DNA from: Octopus vulgaris
Lineage: Eukaryota
Direction of reading: 5' to 3'
Assembly (NCBI GenBank): GCA_951406725.2
Contig: OX597838.1
Span: forward strand, 24,800,001-24,864,000
Length of the DNA stretch: 64,000 bases
The position numbers were made by a program, and so were the translations under genes. Every line of letters begins with the position of its first letter. The stretch's first letter is position 1. Below the pieces are notes generated by a model, which worked only from the letters and a program-made list of their open reading frames with translations, was not told the DNA's origin and did not search any database. Below, piece after piece: positions 26,502 through 39,045 of the stretch.

Positions 26502-26595
26502 TCAGTAGTATATTTTTTATAGCGTGCTTTCACTTCACTACCGAGCGCAGCTTTGTGTGCCTTGGGTATGTGCTGTGATTTGTTGTGATGCTCTA

Positions 26596-26631
<36 letters not shown>

Positions 26632-26721
26632 TAGTATATTTTTTATAGCGTGCTTTCACTTCACTACCGAGCGCAGCTCTGTGTGCCTTGGATATGTGCT
26701 GTGATTTGTTGTGATGCTCTA

Positions 26722-26722
<1 letters not shown>
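26502..26722 (-). mobile_element. Two ~95-bp copies of a probable R4/Dong-like LINE 3' end in (AAT)n
   Basis: Direct repeat 26502-26597 and 26628-26722 (ttagagcatcacaacaaatcacagcacata...gtgaaagcacgctataaaaaatatactactga then (AAT)n); TAA-repeat targeting is known for Dong elements. Confidence 0.5.
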
Positions 26723-26805
<83 letters not shown>

Positions 26806-26817
26806 TTCATTATTATA

Positions 26818-26849
<32 letters not shown>

Positions 26850-26875
26850 CATTATTATTATTATTATTATTATTT

Positions 26876-26916
<41 letters not shown>

Positions 26917-26917
26917 T

Positions 26918-26964
<47 letters not shown>

Positions 26965-26965
26965 T

Positions 26966-27009
<44 letters not shown>

Positions 27010-27064
27010 TTCATTATTATAATTATTATTATTAGTATTTTCATTATTATTATTATTATTATTA
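26723..27064. repeat. (ATT)n microsatellite with periodic TTC interruptions
   Basis: Direct inspection. Confidence 0.95.
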
Positions 27065-27290
27065 AAGTGGTGAGCTGGCAGAATCGGTAGCATGCTGGAT
27101 GAAATGCTTAACAGCATTTCATCCGTCCTTACATTCTGAATCCAAATTCTGCAAAGGTTCGCTTTGTCTTACATCCTTTTGGAGTTGATAAATTAAGTAC
27201 CAGTTGAGTACTGGGGATGGATCGATGTAATCGACTAGCTCCCTCCCCCAAAATCTCAGACCTTGTGCCTTTAGTAAAAAGGATTATTAT
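27065..27290 (+). mobile_element. SINE-B tail type ii
   Basis: gtggtgagctggcagaatcg head and Meta-like domain. Confidence 0.8.
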
Positions 27291-27575
27291 TCTGAGGATT
27301 CACCTGAAATTTAAAAAGGTATTACAAAAGGAGAAAGGGGCTCTCTACCCTGCTTTTGACCAGGCTCTCGTTGGCTTTTATGGGTTTTTTCCACCAGGAA
27401 CCTTTCGTAACGCCTCCCCCTTTTTGGGAGATTTTCATTGTTATAATCTTTCGTTGTTAAACTGTTTTTTTACTCGATTTTACAAACGGACAAAACCCTT
27501 TGTAACCTTTCGTCCTGTTTTGTCCCTTTATGTGATAATTGATTTTTGTCAGCCCTTGTGGCCAATAAAAGTATT
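27290..27575 (+). mobile_element. Probable L1/Tx1-like LINE 3' UTR
   Basis: T-rich UTR ending cagcccttgtggccAATAAAag; similar ending at 59545-59730. Confidence 0.45.
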
Positions 27576-27661
27576 AATAATAATTATTATTATTATTATT
27601 ATTAGAATTGTGCTTATTATTATTGTTTGTTTTCTTATATCTTTATCTGAAATCTGTATGA

Positions 27662-27702
<41 letters not shown>

Positions 27703-28616
27703 TGTCTTTATGTTCCTTTATGTTTTATTCATGTATTCAGTGTATGTAGGCTTGTGTATGTGCGTGTACGTGCATGTGTGTGTGTATGTGTATTATGTGT
27801 GCATATGTCCATGTGCATAGGTGTGCACATCTGTATTAGTCTGTTTATGAGTGAGTATGTGTGTGTGTGTGTGTGAGTGTTTGTGTGTGTGTATTTGTCT
27901 ATATGTTAACATCTATGTATGTGTGTGTAAGACGAAAAGAAAGACAGAAAGAGGGAAACAGAGACAGAAAGAAAGTTAGAGAGAGGCTTGAGGATGAGAG
28001 AGAGGGGTAGGAGGAGAGAAAGAGAGAGAGGGAGATGAGAGAAAGAGAGAGAGGGGGAGGAGGAGAGAAAGAGAGAAGGGGAGAGAGAGATAAAAAGACA
28101 AAAGGAGAGGATATTCAGTGAGAAGAGAGTGAGACAAGGTGAGTGGCAGAAAAGTCAGAGGGCATCTATGAGGGGAGGAGGAGGAGTGAGTGTGTGTGAG
28201 TATATGTGTGTGAGTATATGTGTGTGTGTGTGTGTGTGTATGTTAGATGGAGAGATAATATGCATGGAAAGGATGAAATGAGAGGAAGAGAGGGTGAGAA
28301 GCACGGAAGGGTCACTGAGTGTTGAGAGGATAAAAGGGAAAGGGAACTTTCCCACGGGCCTTGAGAGGAATTGAATATGTCAGTTTGAGCTAGGGAAGAG
28401 GGAAGTTATTATTGATCCACAACAACAACAACAACAATAGCAACAACAATAGCAACAACAACAACAAAAGTATTTTGAACTGGAACACCGAGGGTGGGGT
28501 GGGGTGGGGTGGGGGTGGGATAACATCTCCATGTGGTCACATGACTTGTTAGAAATACCAGCCAAGTCATCTTTACATCATTTTGGCTCAAAGTTCCACG
28601 ATGATTATATATATGT

Positions 28617-28870
28617 CATCATCATCATCATCATCATCATTTAACGTCCATTGTCCATGCTGGCATGGGTTGGACAGTTTGACCAGGGCTGGTAAGCTGG
28701 AAGGCTGCACCAGGTGTCCAGTCTGATTTGGCATCGTTTTTCTACAGCTGGATGCCCTTCCTAACACCAACCACTCCGAGAGTGTAATGGGTGCTTTTAT
28801 GTGCCACTGGCATGGGTGCCATTTGTGTGACACCAGTATCTGCCATGGCTGGGATTTTGCTCGGCTTGAG
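28617..28870 (-). mobile_element. Family C (RTE 3' UTR-like)
   Basis: Homology to the other copies and (CAT)n tail. Confidence 0.78.
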
Positions 28871-28978
28871 GATGTTGTTGTGGGTCATCTGGACTATAAG
28901 AAAAAGAGAGGAGGGACATGGCTGGAATGGCTTGGAAAGGAGATCTGTTCCAACAAGACTGACTTAGAATTACAGAAC

Positions 28979-29020
<42 letters not shown>

Positions 29021-29120
29021 GACAACAACAACGGCAACAGCAATAACAACGATGTAATGAATTCAAAGTTTAAAGTTATGGAGAATCAGAGAAATAATCA
29101 AATGAAGAACAGCTGATTGA

Positions 29121-29512
29121 TCTCTCTCTATATAAAGCTGAAATTGTCTGTGTATGGCAGGTTTGGTAGCCTTCAACTAACACTATCGCCTCCAAGACCC
29201 TGCGGCGCAAGTTGACCAAAATTGAGTGTATGATAGAAGAAGGCTTGCTCTTCATTCCGTAGAAGAAAAAATTCAAATAGGACCATGTTAACACCAAAAA
29301 TTATTTACATCAAAAAGGTGCTTTTTTTTCTATGAAAATCCTTATTTTTTACAACTTTTTGACTGCTGTGTCGCCATTTTTTAGTGTATTTCAACCAGAA
29401 AATGTTCACTTAAAGAGAATATCAAGCTACATAATGCAAAATTTTTACTTTTCAAAAATTCCAATTCTAAAGGGTCAAAACAAACCTGAGCAATGCCGGG
29501 CGATACTGCTAG
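29121..29512 (+). mobile_element. Non-autonomous Helitron
   Basis: A|TC start (tctctctctatataaagctg), subterminal hairpin cctgagcaatgccggg, CTAG|T end, no TSD. Confidence 0.85.
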
Positions 29513-29534
29513 TTATTAATATAGTCATTTATTT

Positions 29535-30230
29535 AAGTAGTGAATTAGCAGAATCATTAGCAGGCTGGGCAAAATGCTTGGCAGCTTTACATCTGTCTCC
29601 ATGTTCTGAGTTTAAATTCTGCGAAGTCGATTTTGCCTTTTATCCTTTCAGGGCTGATAAAATAAGTACCAGTTGAGCACTTCTCCTAAAATTGCCGGCC
29701 CTTGCACCAAAATCTGAAACCAATATAGCCATTTATTAAGTTGATTATAATAATGGTTTCAAATCTTGGCACAAGGCCAAAATTACATCGGGCCCCAGTA
29801 CTTAACTGGTACTTACTTCATCATCCCAAAAAGATGAAAGGCAAAGTCTACCTTGGCTGAATTTGAACTCAGAATGTCAGGATGAAGTTCAGGTTGAAGG
29901 TGTTAGTTGATTACATTGACCCCAGTACTTAACTGGTACTTATTTTATCAACCCCAAAAGGATGAAAGGCAAAGTCCACCTTGGCAGAATTTGAACACAG
30001 AATATAAAGACAAATGAAATGCTGCTAAGCATTTTGCCCAACATGGTAACAATTCTACAAGTTTGCCTTCCTAGAATCCGAACACACCAGTTTCAAATTT
30101 TGGCACAAGGCCAGCAAGTTCAAGGGAGGGGCGAAGTTGATTACATTGACCCTTGTGCTCAACTGGTACTTATTTTATTGACCCCAAAAGGATGAAAGGC
30201 AAAATTAACCTCAGTGGAATTTGAACACAG
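29535..30230. mobile_element. Cluster of SINE-B copies and fragments
   Basis: One plus-strand and three minus-strand Meta-like domains. Confidence 0.75.
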
Positions 30231-30490
30231 ACTTACTTCCTCCAACTGTTAAACATAGAGGAGGATCTGTGATGATCTGGGGAGGGGGGACTATATCTTG
30301 GAAATCCGCTGGCCCAATGGTTTCCCTTCATGGCAGAATTAATAGTCAAGACTATTTAATCATTTCATCTGATCAAATTCATCCTATGGTCGCAGAACTG
30401 TTTCCAGAGGGAAACGCAGTCTTTCAAGATGACAATGTACCAATCACACAGCTAATGTTGTTACTGAATGGCACGAGGAACATTTTAGTG
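30230..30490 (+). mobile_element. Tc1-family transposase fragment (catalytic domain)
   Basis: PTVKHRGGSVMIWG...GRINSQDY...FQDDN.PI is the Tc1 DDE-domain signature; frameshifted. Confidence 0.88.
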
Positions 30491-30687
30491 AACCGTGGTT
30501 TGGATTTTGACTACTCCTTCTAGCATTTAAGGTATTCTGTTATGGTCACCTCTTTTGTGTTTAAATGTACACTAATTTTATATATATATATATATATAAA
30601 ACAAAACATGGTACAAGATTTCTGATGAAGGTACCAGACTTCAAAGCTCAAAGGCCTTGAAGGCTCAAGACTTTTCATACACCCCTC

Positions 30688-31195
30688 ATATATACATATA
30701 TATATATATATATACATACATATATATACATATATACATATGCATATATATACATATATACATATACATATATACATATATATATACATATATATACATA
30801 TACATACATATATATACATACATATACGTATACATATATATACATATACATACATATACATATGCATATATATATACATATACATATACATATATATACA
30901 TATACATATATATACATATACATTTGCATATATATACATATACAAATATATACATAAAATATATATATACATATACATACATACATATATATACACACAT
31001 ATATATATATATATTGATATCTATGTATGGGCACATGCACATATACGCATGTTAACATGTATATATGTGCCTGTGTGTTTGCATGCATATATGTGTGTAT
31101 TTGTATGTATATATATATATACACACATACATACATATATATATATATACATACATATATATATACATACATACATACATACATACATACATAGA
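30688..31195. repeat. (TA)/(TACA) compound microsatellite
   Basis: Direct inspection. Confidence 0.95.
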
Positions 31196-31939
31196 CAGAT
31201 ATCTGTACTTACATGAAGGCTTTCAAAGTGTTACCGAGAGGGAGAGACAGACAGACAGAGAGAATCACACACGTGTGTGTGTGTACAGACACTCATATAT
31301 GACATATGCAGTGATCTATTTAACTCTCTACCTCCATATATAATGTGTGCGTGCGTGGTGTGTATGCGCCTGAGGAAATGTATTTATATGTATGTGTGTG
31401 TGTGTGTGTGTGGTCATATGTATGTCAGGCTGGAGATGGTGGTGACATTGGTGACAGAGGTGCGCGTGGTTGTATGCATGACTAAATACATATGTGTGCG
31501 TGTGTGTGTGTGCACACGTGAGTGTGTGTCATACATTTTATAAGACCAAGAGTACAGCTGGAGGAGGAGGTGGAGGAGGAGGAGGAAGCGAAGACAATGA
31601 ATGAGGTGGAAGAGATGAAGCTGGAGGAGGAGGAGGAGGAGGAGGAGGAGGAAGTGCGGTGGCGGAGCAGGAAGAGAAAAAGGAGGGGGTGCAGGTGAGG
31701 CGGCGGAGGTGGTGGTGGTGGTGCTTTATTTGGAACTAACTACCTTTCCTCTCGCAGAAGCAATTGTCACACTAGCAATCATCAATAGTAGCGACGGTAC
31801 CATCAACGCCATGGTGATGATGATGATGATGATGACGACGACAACACCACCATGACCACCACCGCCACTGCCACAACCACCACCACCATCACTATCGTCA
31901 TTATCAACATCATCACGACTACCACCAGTCATTAGTACC

Positions 31940-32470
31940 AGTGTATAGTACCATCTTCATCACCAGCACTGCCACCACCAACACCACTACGCCAGTATTT
32001 AGTGTCAGTATACAGTACCACCATCCCCACCACCACTACCACCACCACCACCACCAGTACTGCTACCAAATCACCACCACTATGACCACCATCACCACCA
32101 CGCCAGCATTTAGTGCCAGCATACAGTACCAACATCACCACCACCACCAGCACGACTACCAAAACTACCACCACCAAATCACCAGCACTTAGCACCAGCG
32201 TACAGTACCACCCTATCACCACCACCAGCACTATCACCAAAACTATTACCACTGCTACCACCACTACCACACCAGCATATAGTGTCAGCGTACAGTACCA
32301 CCCTATCACCACCACCAGCACTATCACCAAAACTATTACCACCGCTACCACCACTACCACACCAGCATGTAGTGTCAGCGTACAGTACCACCATCCCCCA
32401 CCACCACCAGCACTGTCACAAAACTACCAGCACCACCACACCAGTATGTAGTGTCAGCGTATAGTACTAC
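31940..32470. repeat. ACC-rich minisatellite with a recurring tagtgtcagcgtacagtacca motif (70-110 bp period, two 90-bp units)
   Basis: tacagtacca occurs at 32011, 32122, 32201, 32291 and 32381. Confidence 0.8.
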
Positions 32471-32529
32471 GATCACCACCACCACCACCACTGCCACCAC
32501 ATTAACATACTTCAGCTCAACCTTCATCA

Positions 32530-32735
32530 AGGGAGCTTCTTCTAGATGGTCGTTTCACCTGCTTGAAATAGCAGCCAAAATTTCTATCAAATCTTGTCTG
32601 CAAGGACATGGATAATGTTGCGCTTGGTTCTCTGCACATAAGGGGAAAAGAAGGGATGGTCACGACTGGAAATGCTTTCGATCCTACGTCTGCTTGATCA
32701 GGGCTAACCTGGGGCTTTAAACGACAACAATAGCA
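32530..32735 (+). mobile_element. Family F interspersed repeat (gaaatagcagccaaa ... gggctaacctggggct..aaac(AAC)n tail)
   Basis: Related fragments near 170, 2300, 34160, 47643-47880 (minus), 62318 and 63490-63645. Confidence 0.55.
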
Positions 32736-33510
32736 ACAACCGAAACTAATTGGAGGCTCACCATTGAAATGTGTTGATCATAAGCTATACTTCGCCAGGA
32801 CTGGCCTAGGGCTAAACAGTCAATCTCTACCTTCACGACAATCATCATCATCATTATCATCAACACCATCATCACCAGCATTATCACCATCACTGCCACC
32901 ACCATCATCACCACCACCACCAACAACAACAACAACAGTCACTGCCACTACCACCACCACCACCAACAACAACAACACTGTCAATGCCACTACCACCACC
33001 ACCGCTGCTGCCACCACCACCACCACCGCTGCTGCCACCACCACCACTACCAGCACCACCGCTGCCGCCGCCACCACCACCACCACCACCACCGCTGCCG
33101 CCGCCACCACCACCACCACCGCCACCACCAACACCATCATCAGTACCATCACCACCATTTTTACCATTACCATTAACAGCTACTGTGGTAGCAGCTATGT
33201 GGCAGCTCGGCATGCTAGAAACAACAAGCAAATTCAGAAGAAAAAAAATGGAAAGAGAATGAAGGACAAATGAGATAATGTATAGAGAGATAATAACGTT
33301 GAATCTGCAAAGAAATAACAAAAAAAACCCCAAAAACAAACAAACGAAACAAAAAACGGAAGCCAAAAAATCTTCAGTCATCCAGACATCCTTGCATCAA
33401 CACCAAATGGCACTTCAGAGCAAACAAGACTATGGCTACCACCACCACCCTCTATCACTACAACTACTACAACTACTACTACTACCACCACCACCACCAC
33501 CACCACCACC

Positions 33511-33569
<59 letters not shown>

Positions 33570-34761
33570 CACCACTATTGCTAGTGCCACAACCCCCACC
33601 CACTACTACTACTGCTGCTGCTACTGCTACTACTACTACCACCACCACCAGCACCCCTACTACTACTACCACCACCCACTACTACTACAACTACCACAAC
33701 CACCCACTACTACTATCCCCCACCATCACAACCACCACCCACTACTACTACCACCACCACTACCACCACCACCACCACACTACTACTACTACTACCACCA
33801 CCACCACCACCACAACTGGTATCATTGTTGTCAGATGAAATGTCATCTTAAATGCTACACAATGGCTGATGAGGTCAAACAGAGACAGACAGACACATTC
33901 ACACGCATGCACACAGACACACATGTACACACACATACATGTGTACATACATACGTACATACATACATATATATTTACACACATTCGCATACCCAAACAT
34001 ATATACACCTGTAGAGACGGACACAGGCATAACCATGATGCAGATGCAGACGTATATGTTTGCTTGCATCAGCATAACTGCACTTGCACACCCACACATA
34101 ACAACCACACGCATGCACACATGTGCAATCTAAAGATGGAGCTTCTATGCAGTTGTTTGATTTGCTAGAAATAGCAGCTGTGTCATGCCCTTCTTTTCTT
34201 TATGCATTAACCCTTCTTAATTGAGTTTGGCTTTTAGGAGAAAAGAGACAGCTGTGAGAGTGTGTGTGTGTGTGTGTGTGTATGTATGAATAAATGACAA
34301 AATGTGTGTGCATGTGTGTGGCTGCGTGAGTGTTTGGTGTGTTGACAGTATGATGGTGGAGGTGGGGAAAGAGTTACAAATCATTAATCTTAATGTGATG
34401 GCAGCTAACTCCGACTTTTGTATCCATCCCTTCACCCGTCATTGGAACCAAAGCTGAACTAGGATTTGGGTTTCCCTTGTACCGTGCTAGCCCCTTGGAT
34501 CTTCACACAGAACGGCAGTTGATTAAATTGACCCTCACCCAAGTACTTGACCCAGTTCTCTATTTTATCAACTTTGGTAGGAAGAAAGCAACAGTTGGTC
34601 TTGTCAGGATTTGGACTTAAAACCTAAAAACATGGAATGATCGTTGCAAGACAATTTGCTTGATACTTTAATGCAATCAGGGGCAAACTGCAGCGCACAG
34701 GACTTTCTGAATAGGATGGCATCGAAAAACTACCTTGAATTGTTTTCATAGGGTAGCTAGC

Positions 34762-35306
34762 CTGATCATGAACCATATTTCATGTAGCCTACTTGATTAT
34801 GAGCCATGTTTCATGTGGCTTTCCTAATGATGAACCATATCCCATGCAGCCAGCATGATGATAAGCAATGTCTCTCATTGTCCTTATGATGATGAGCTAT
34901 GTCTCATGTGGCCAGTCTGATGATGAGCCATGACTCATGTGGCCAGTCTGATGAAGGTCCATGTCACATGTGGTAAGTCTGATGATGAGCCATGTCTCAT
35001 GTGGCCAGACTGATGATGAGCCATGTTTCACGTGGCCAGTCTGATAATGAGCCATGTCTAATCTGGCCAGTCTGATGAAGATCCACGTCGCATGTGGTAA
35101 GTCTGATGATGAGCCATGTCTCATGTGGCAAGTCTGATGATGAGCCATGTCTCATACAGCCAACTTGATGATGATCCATGTCTCATGGGGCCAGCCTGAT
35201 GATGATCCATGTCTCATAGGGCCAGCCTGATGATGATCCATGTCTCATAGGGCCAGCCTGATGATGATCCATGTCTCAGGCAGCCCACCTGATGATGAGC
35301 CATGTC
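34762..35306. repeat. 31-bp minisatellite, about 17 units (TGATGATGAGCCATGTCTCATGTGGCCAGTC)
   Basis: Contiguous tandem units, more diverged at the left end. Confidence 0.9.
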
Positions 35307-35982
35307 TGGTCTAATGCTTCTACCAGCCTGACAGCTTCTGCCTTAAAACAAGAAGAAAACATTGGATCGTAGGCTTGGAAATCTAGGGTTGTGAAATCTA
35401 GGTCTGTGCAGCTTTGGAAATCTAGAATTGTGCTACTCTTCCATCCAGTACCAAACAGTAAAAATAAGATAAGATAAAATTAAATATATAAGAAATAAAC
35501 AAAAACGTTTCTAGAGCTAGCAAAATACATGGGAATCAGAATCCTGTAAGTTAAAATGTCATAGATCAATGGGTTTGCTGGATCATCGGAATTGATCTGA
35601 AATTGAAAGTAGTGTTAGACTTGGCAACAGATCAAGGAGGCAGAGGCAGAGAGACTTAACATTTGATAGAGTTGTAGGAATGCTATTGTGACATACAAAC
35701 GGCCTTGTGCGTTTTAAACAACAACAATAACTCGAATTGAATTCTGATGGGGGAATTTATATATATATATATATATATATATTGATATATACATACATAT
35801 TATACATATACATACATATATGTACACATACCATATATATATATATATATACATACACATACATACATACCATACATATATACACACATAGATATATTAT
35901 ATATACACATACATCATACATATATACATACATACATACACTCACACACACACATACATACATACATACATACATACATACA

Positions 35983-36013
<31 letters not shown>

Positions 36014-36303
36014 TTATGTATACATAGCTTAAAAACCACACTCCGTGCAGATTTTTATGCTAGCTCTTGTGCAGGTCTAATTGGGCCTGCAGCCTCAAAC
36101 CAAAGAGCACAATGATAATAAAGCCCTTATTGGTACCCTACCAATATGGTCTTACCCTACCAATACGCTATTACTTTAAATTCGGTTTAAATGAAAAACT
36201 TGTAAGCTCATAAATTTTTGGAGTTCTTTTAAAATTTGAATAGATGTGTGTGTGTATGTGTGTGTGTATGTGTGTGTGTATGTGTGTGTGTCAGTGTGTG
36301 TGT

Positions 36304-36356
<53 letters not shown>

Positions 36357-36368
36357 TGTGTGTGTATG

Positions 36369-36406
<38 letters not shown>

Positions 36407-36658
36407 TCCTCCATCACCGCTTGATAACTGGCTTAGATGTGTTTACATTCACGTGACTGAGTGGTCCAGTAAAAGAGGTCAATTAAAAAGTACCAGGTGT
36501 AAAAAATAAAGAACTAGTATTGATTTGTTTGATTAAAATTGTTCAAGGAGGAGCCCCAGCCTGGCCAAAGTCTAATGGCTGAAAAAGATAAAAGAACCAC
36601 TTGATTCCTAAGTGAAACTTAAAGCTAAGGGAAGTAACTCTTGTATCTCTCACAGTCA

Positions 36659-36857
36659 CTTTACCTGCTAGAAATAGCAACCGAAATGCTTTTAAATCAG
36701 ATCCCAATGCTGGATGTTCAAGAACCAAATGAGAGGCAGATTTTCATTCCTGGGATCATCCTGATTCCAAAAAGGTTATAATATGTCTATGCAGAGCAAA
36801 TGTAGACTGAGATATAGGGGTCCCAGACAGACAGAATTTTATTTTTATTAATATAGA
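36659..36857 (-). mobile_element. Helitron-like 5' segment, inverted partner of 37307-37504
   Basis: Reverse complement aligns over about 200 bp with 37307-37504; a matching 3'-end-like piece lies at about 36024-36080. Confidence 0.6.
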
Positions 36858-36862
36858 TAATG

Positions 36863-37183
36863 GTGGAGGCCCAATGGCCCAGTGGTTAGGGCAGCGAACT
36901 TGCGGTCGGAGGATCGCGGTTTCGATTCTCAGACCGGGCGTTGTGTGTGTTTATTAAGCGAAAAGACCTAAAGCTCCACGAGGTTCCAGCAGGGTGTGGT
37001 GGCGACCCCTGTTGTACTCTATCACTCCAACTTTCTCTCACTCTTTCTTTCTGTTTCTTGAGTAACGCTGCGATGGACTGGCGTCCCGTCCAGCTGGGAG
37101 GTGGGGAGGAACACATATGTCACAGAAACCGGGAAACTGGGCCCATGAGACTGGCTAGGCTTGAAAAGGGTACATAGATAATA
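36863..37183 (+). mobile_element. SINE-G: tRNA-headed SINE with a V-domain-like segment
   Basis: A-box tggcccagtgg, B-box-like ggtttcgattc, ctgcgatggactggcgtcccgtccag resembling the V-SINE core; 13-bp TSD aatatagataatg (36850-36862 and 37184-37196); CpG-rich. Confidence 0.8.
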
Positions 37184-37306
37184 AATATAGATAATGTACT
37201 GTTCCATGATGATAAGATCAACAAAAAGAGTACTCCGTCTAGTGAGAGATAAATATCATTTAATAGACTCAATACACATTTTTATGAGCTACTGATAGTG
37301 TATATA

Positions 37307-37803
37307 TCTATTATAATAAAAGCAGAATTCTATCTGCCTGGGACCCCTGTATACCCATCTACATTTGCTCTACATAGACATATTATAGCTTCTTGGAATC
37401 AGGATGATTCCAGAATTGAAAATCTGCCCTTCATTTGGTTTTTGAACATCCAGTATTGGGATCTGATTTAAAAGCATTTGGGTTGCTATTTCTAGCAGGT
37501 AAAGCTTGGCTAATTCACACCATTTTGGTTAGTGTTTGTTTGTAAGATGATGTCAGAAATCAAGGGGAAGATAAATGACATTTGTTTCGTTAATTTTACG
37601 TTGAGATAAGAACTTTGGGACAGGAACAATAGAATGATTGCAGAATAGAATTAATTCGCGTCCGGCTTTAACCTCTTGTCAAACACTACCAAAGTATGTG
37701 GTCACTATAAATGCATTATAGTTATGGCATTTAGCTCTCTTTAGTTTTAGCCCTCTGCAAGAGCTAGCCTAAAAGTCCATGCAGAGGGCAGCTTTTAACC
37801 TAG
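37307..37803 (+). mobile_element. Non-autonomous Helitron-like element
   Basis: A|TCtattataataaaagcag start, 10-bp hairpin gccctctgca/tgcagagggc (37750-37789) and CTAG|T end. Confidence 0.65.
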
Positions 37804-37844
37804 TATACCATATATATATATATATATATATATCATCAGCATCA

Positions 37845-38111
37845 CCATCATCATCATTTAACATCCGCTTTCCATGCTAGCCTGGGTTGGACGGTTCAAC
37901 TGGGATCTGGGAAGCCAGAAGGCTGCACCAGGCTCCAGTCTGATCTGGCAGTGTTTCTACAGCTGGATGCCCTTCCTAACGCCAACCACTCCGTGAGTTT
38001 AGTGGGTGCTTTTTATGTGTCACCGGCACAGGTGCCAGACGAGGCTGGCAAACAGCCACGATCGGATGGTACCTTTTACATGCCACCGGCATGGAGACCA
38101 GATGAGGCTGG
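37845..38111 (-). mobile_element. Family C (RTE 3' UTR-like)
   Basis: Homology to the other copies. Confidence 0.8.
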
Positions 38112-38112
38112 C

Positions 38113-38420
38113 ATTACATGCATATAAGAGGGATGACCACTAAGTGGACATCCATTATGCTAGAAGTCAAGCCCCTATGGTCAAACCACTAGGAAAGGAA
38201 TGTTCTCTGCTAAATTTTCTTGAGAACAATCCTTTCTTAGTGGTAAGACCATAGGGGATCGACTTCTAGCATAATGGATGTCCACTTAGTGGTCATCCCT
38301 CTTATATGTATGTAATATAATTTTTGTGAATCTTCAGATTTTTCAATATGCTAGACCACTGGTTTTAAATTGATATTAATCAAATTAATATTCAATTTTT
38401 CACCCTTATTATTTTAAATA
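38113..38420 (+). mobile_element. Fold-back Penelope-like end (95-bp arms, 14-nt loop, plus unpaired tail)
   Basis: 38113-38207 is inverted to 38222-38316; same family as the hammerhead-bearing copy at 59737-60290, including the tail. Confidence 0.7.
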
Positions 38421-38430
38421 TATATATATA

Positions 38431-38644
38431 TTAGGTGGTGCATAATTACTGCGGCTTTTTTCAACAAAAATAATAACAATATGTAACGAAAACATCTTTA
38501 AATGATTATTCCGGAGCATATTCACCATCTACTTCAATTACTGCTCTCCATTTGCTTGGCAGACGGTCAGACCATCATTTAAAGATGATTTTGTTAAATA
38601 AAATTTGCTAAAAAAAAAAACGCAATAATTACGCACCGACCGAA
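38431..38644 (-). mobile_element. Mariner deletion derivative (MITE)
   Basis: TA|ttaggtggtgcataatta ... taattacgcaccgaccgaa|TA; internal DRLPSKWRAVIEVDGEYAPE* mariner C-terminus on the minus strand. Confidence 0.8.
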
Positions 38645-38689
38645 TATATATGTAGATTTAAATATGAATCAATGGTTTAAACAATAATA

Positions 38690-39045
38690 ATGATGATGAT
38701 AATGATGATAATGAAGATGATGATGATGATGATGAAGATGATGATGACAAGGATGATGATGAAGATGATGATGATGAAGATGATGATGATGATGATGATG
38801 AAGATGATGATGACAAGGATGATGAAGATAATGATGATGATGATGATGATGATGAAGATGATGATGACAAGGATGATGAAGATGATAATGATGATGAAGA
38901 TGATGATGAAGATGATGATGATGATGATGATGATGATATTGAAGATGATGATGAAGATGATGATGATGATGATGATGATGAAGATGATGATGACAAGGAT
39001 GATGATGGAGATAATAATGATGATGAAGATGATTATGATGATGAC
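38690..39045. repeat. (GAT)n microsatellite with higher-order GAA/GACAAG interruptions
   Basis: Direct inspection. Confidence 0.92.

Noticed and set aside
30615-30690. CTGATGAAGG as a hammerhead core
   Set aside because: No GAAA or stem III follows; the neighbouring sequence looks like a mariner terminus.
34762-35306. CRISPR array or tandem hammerheads
   Set aside because: Units are contiguous with no unique spacers, there are no cas genes, the context is eukaryotic, and CTGATGA lacks a downstream GAAA.
36863-36940. Functional tRNA gene
   Set aside because: No proper cloverleaf or acceptor stem; it continues into a SINE body bounded by a TSD.
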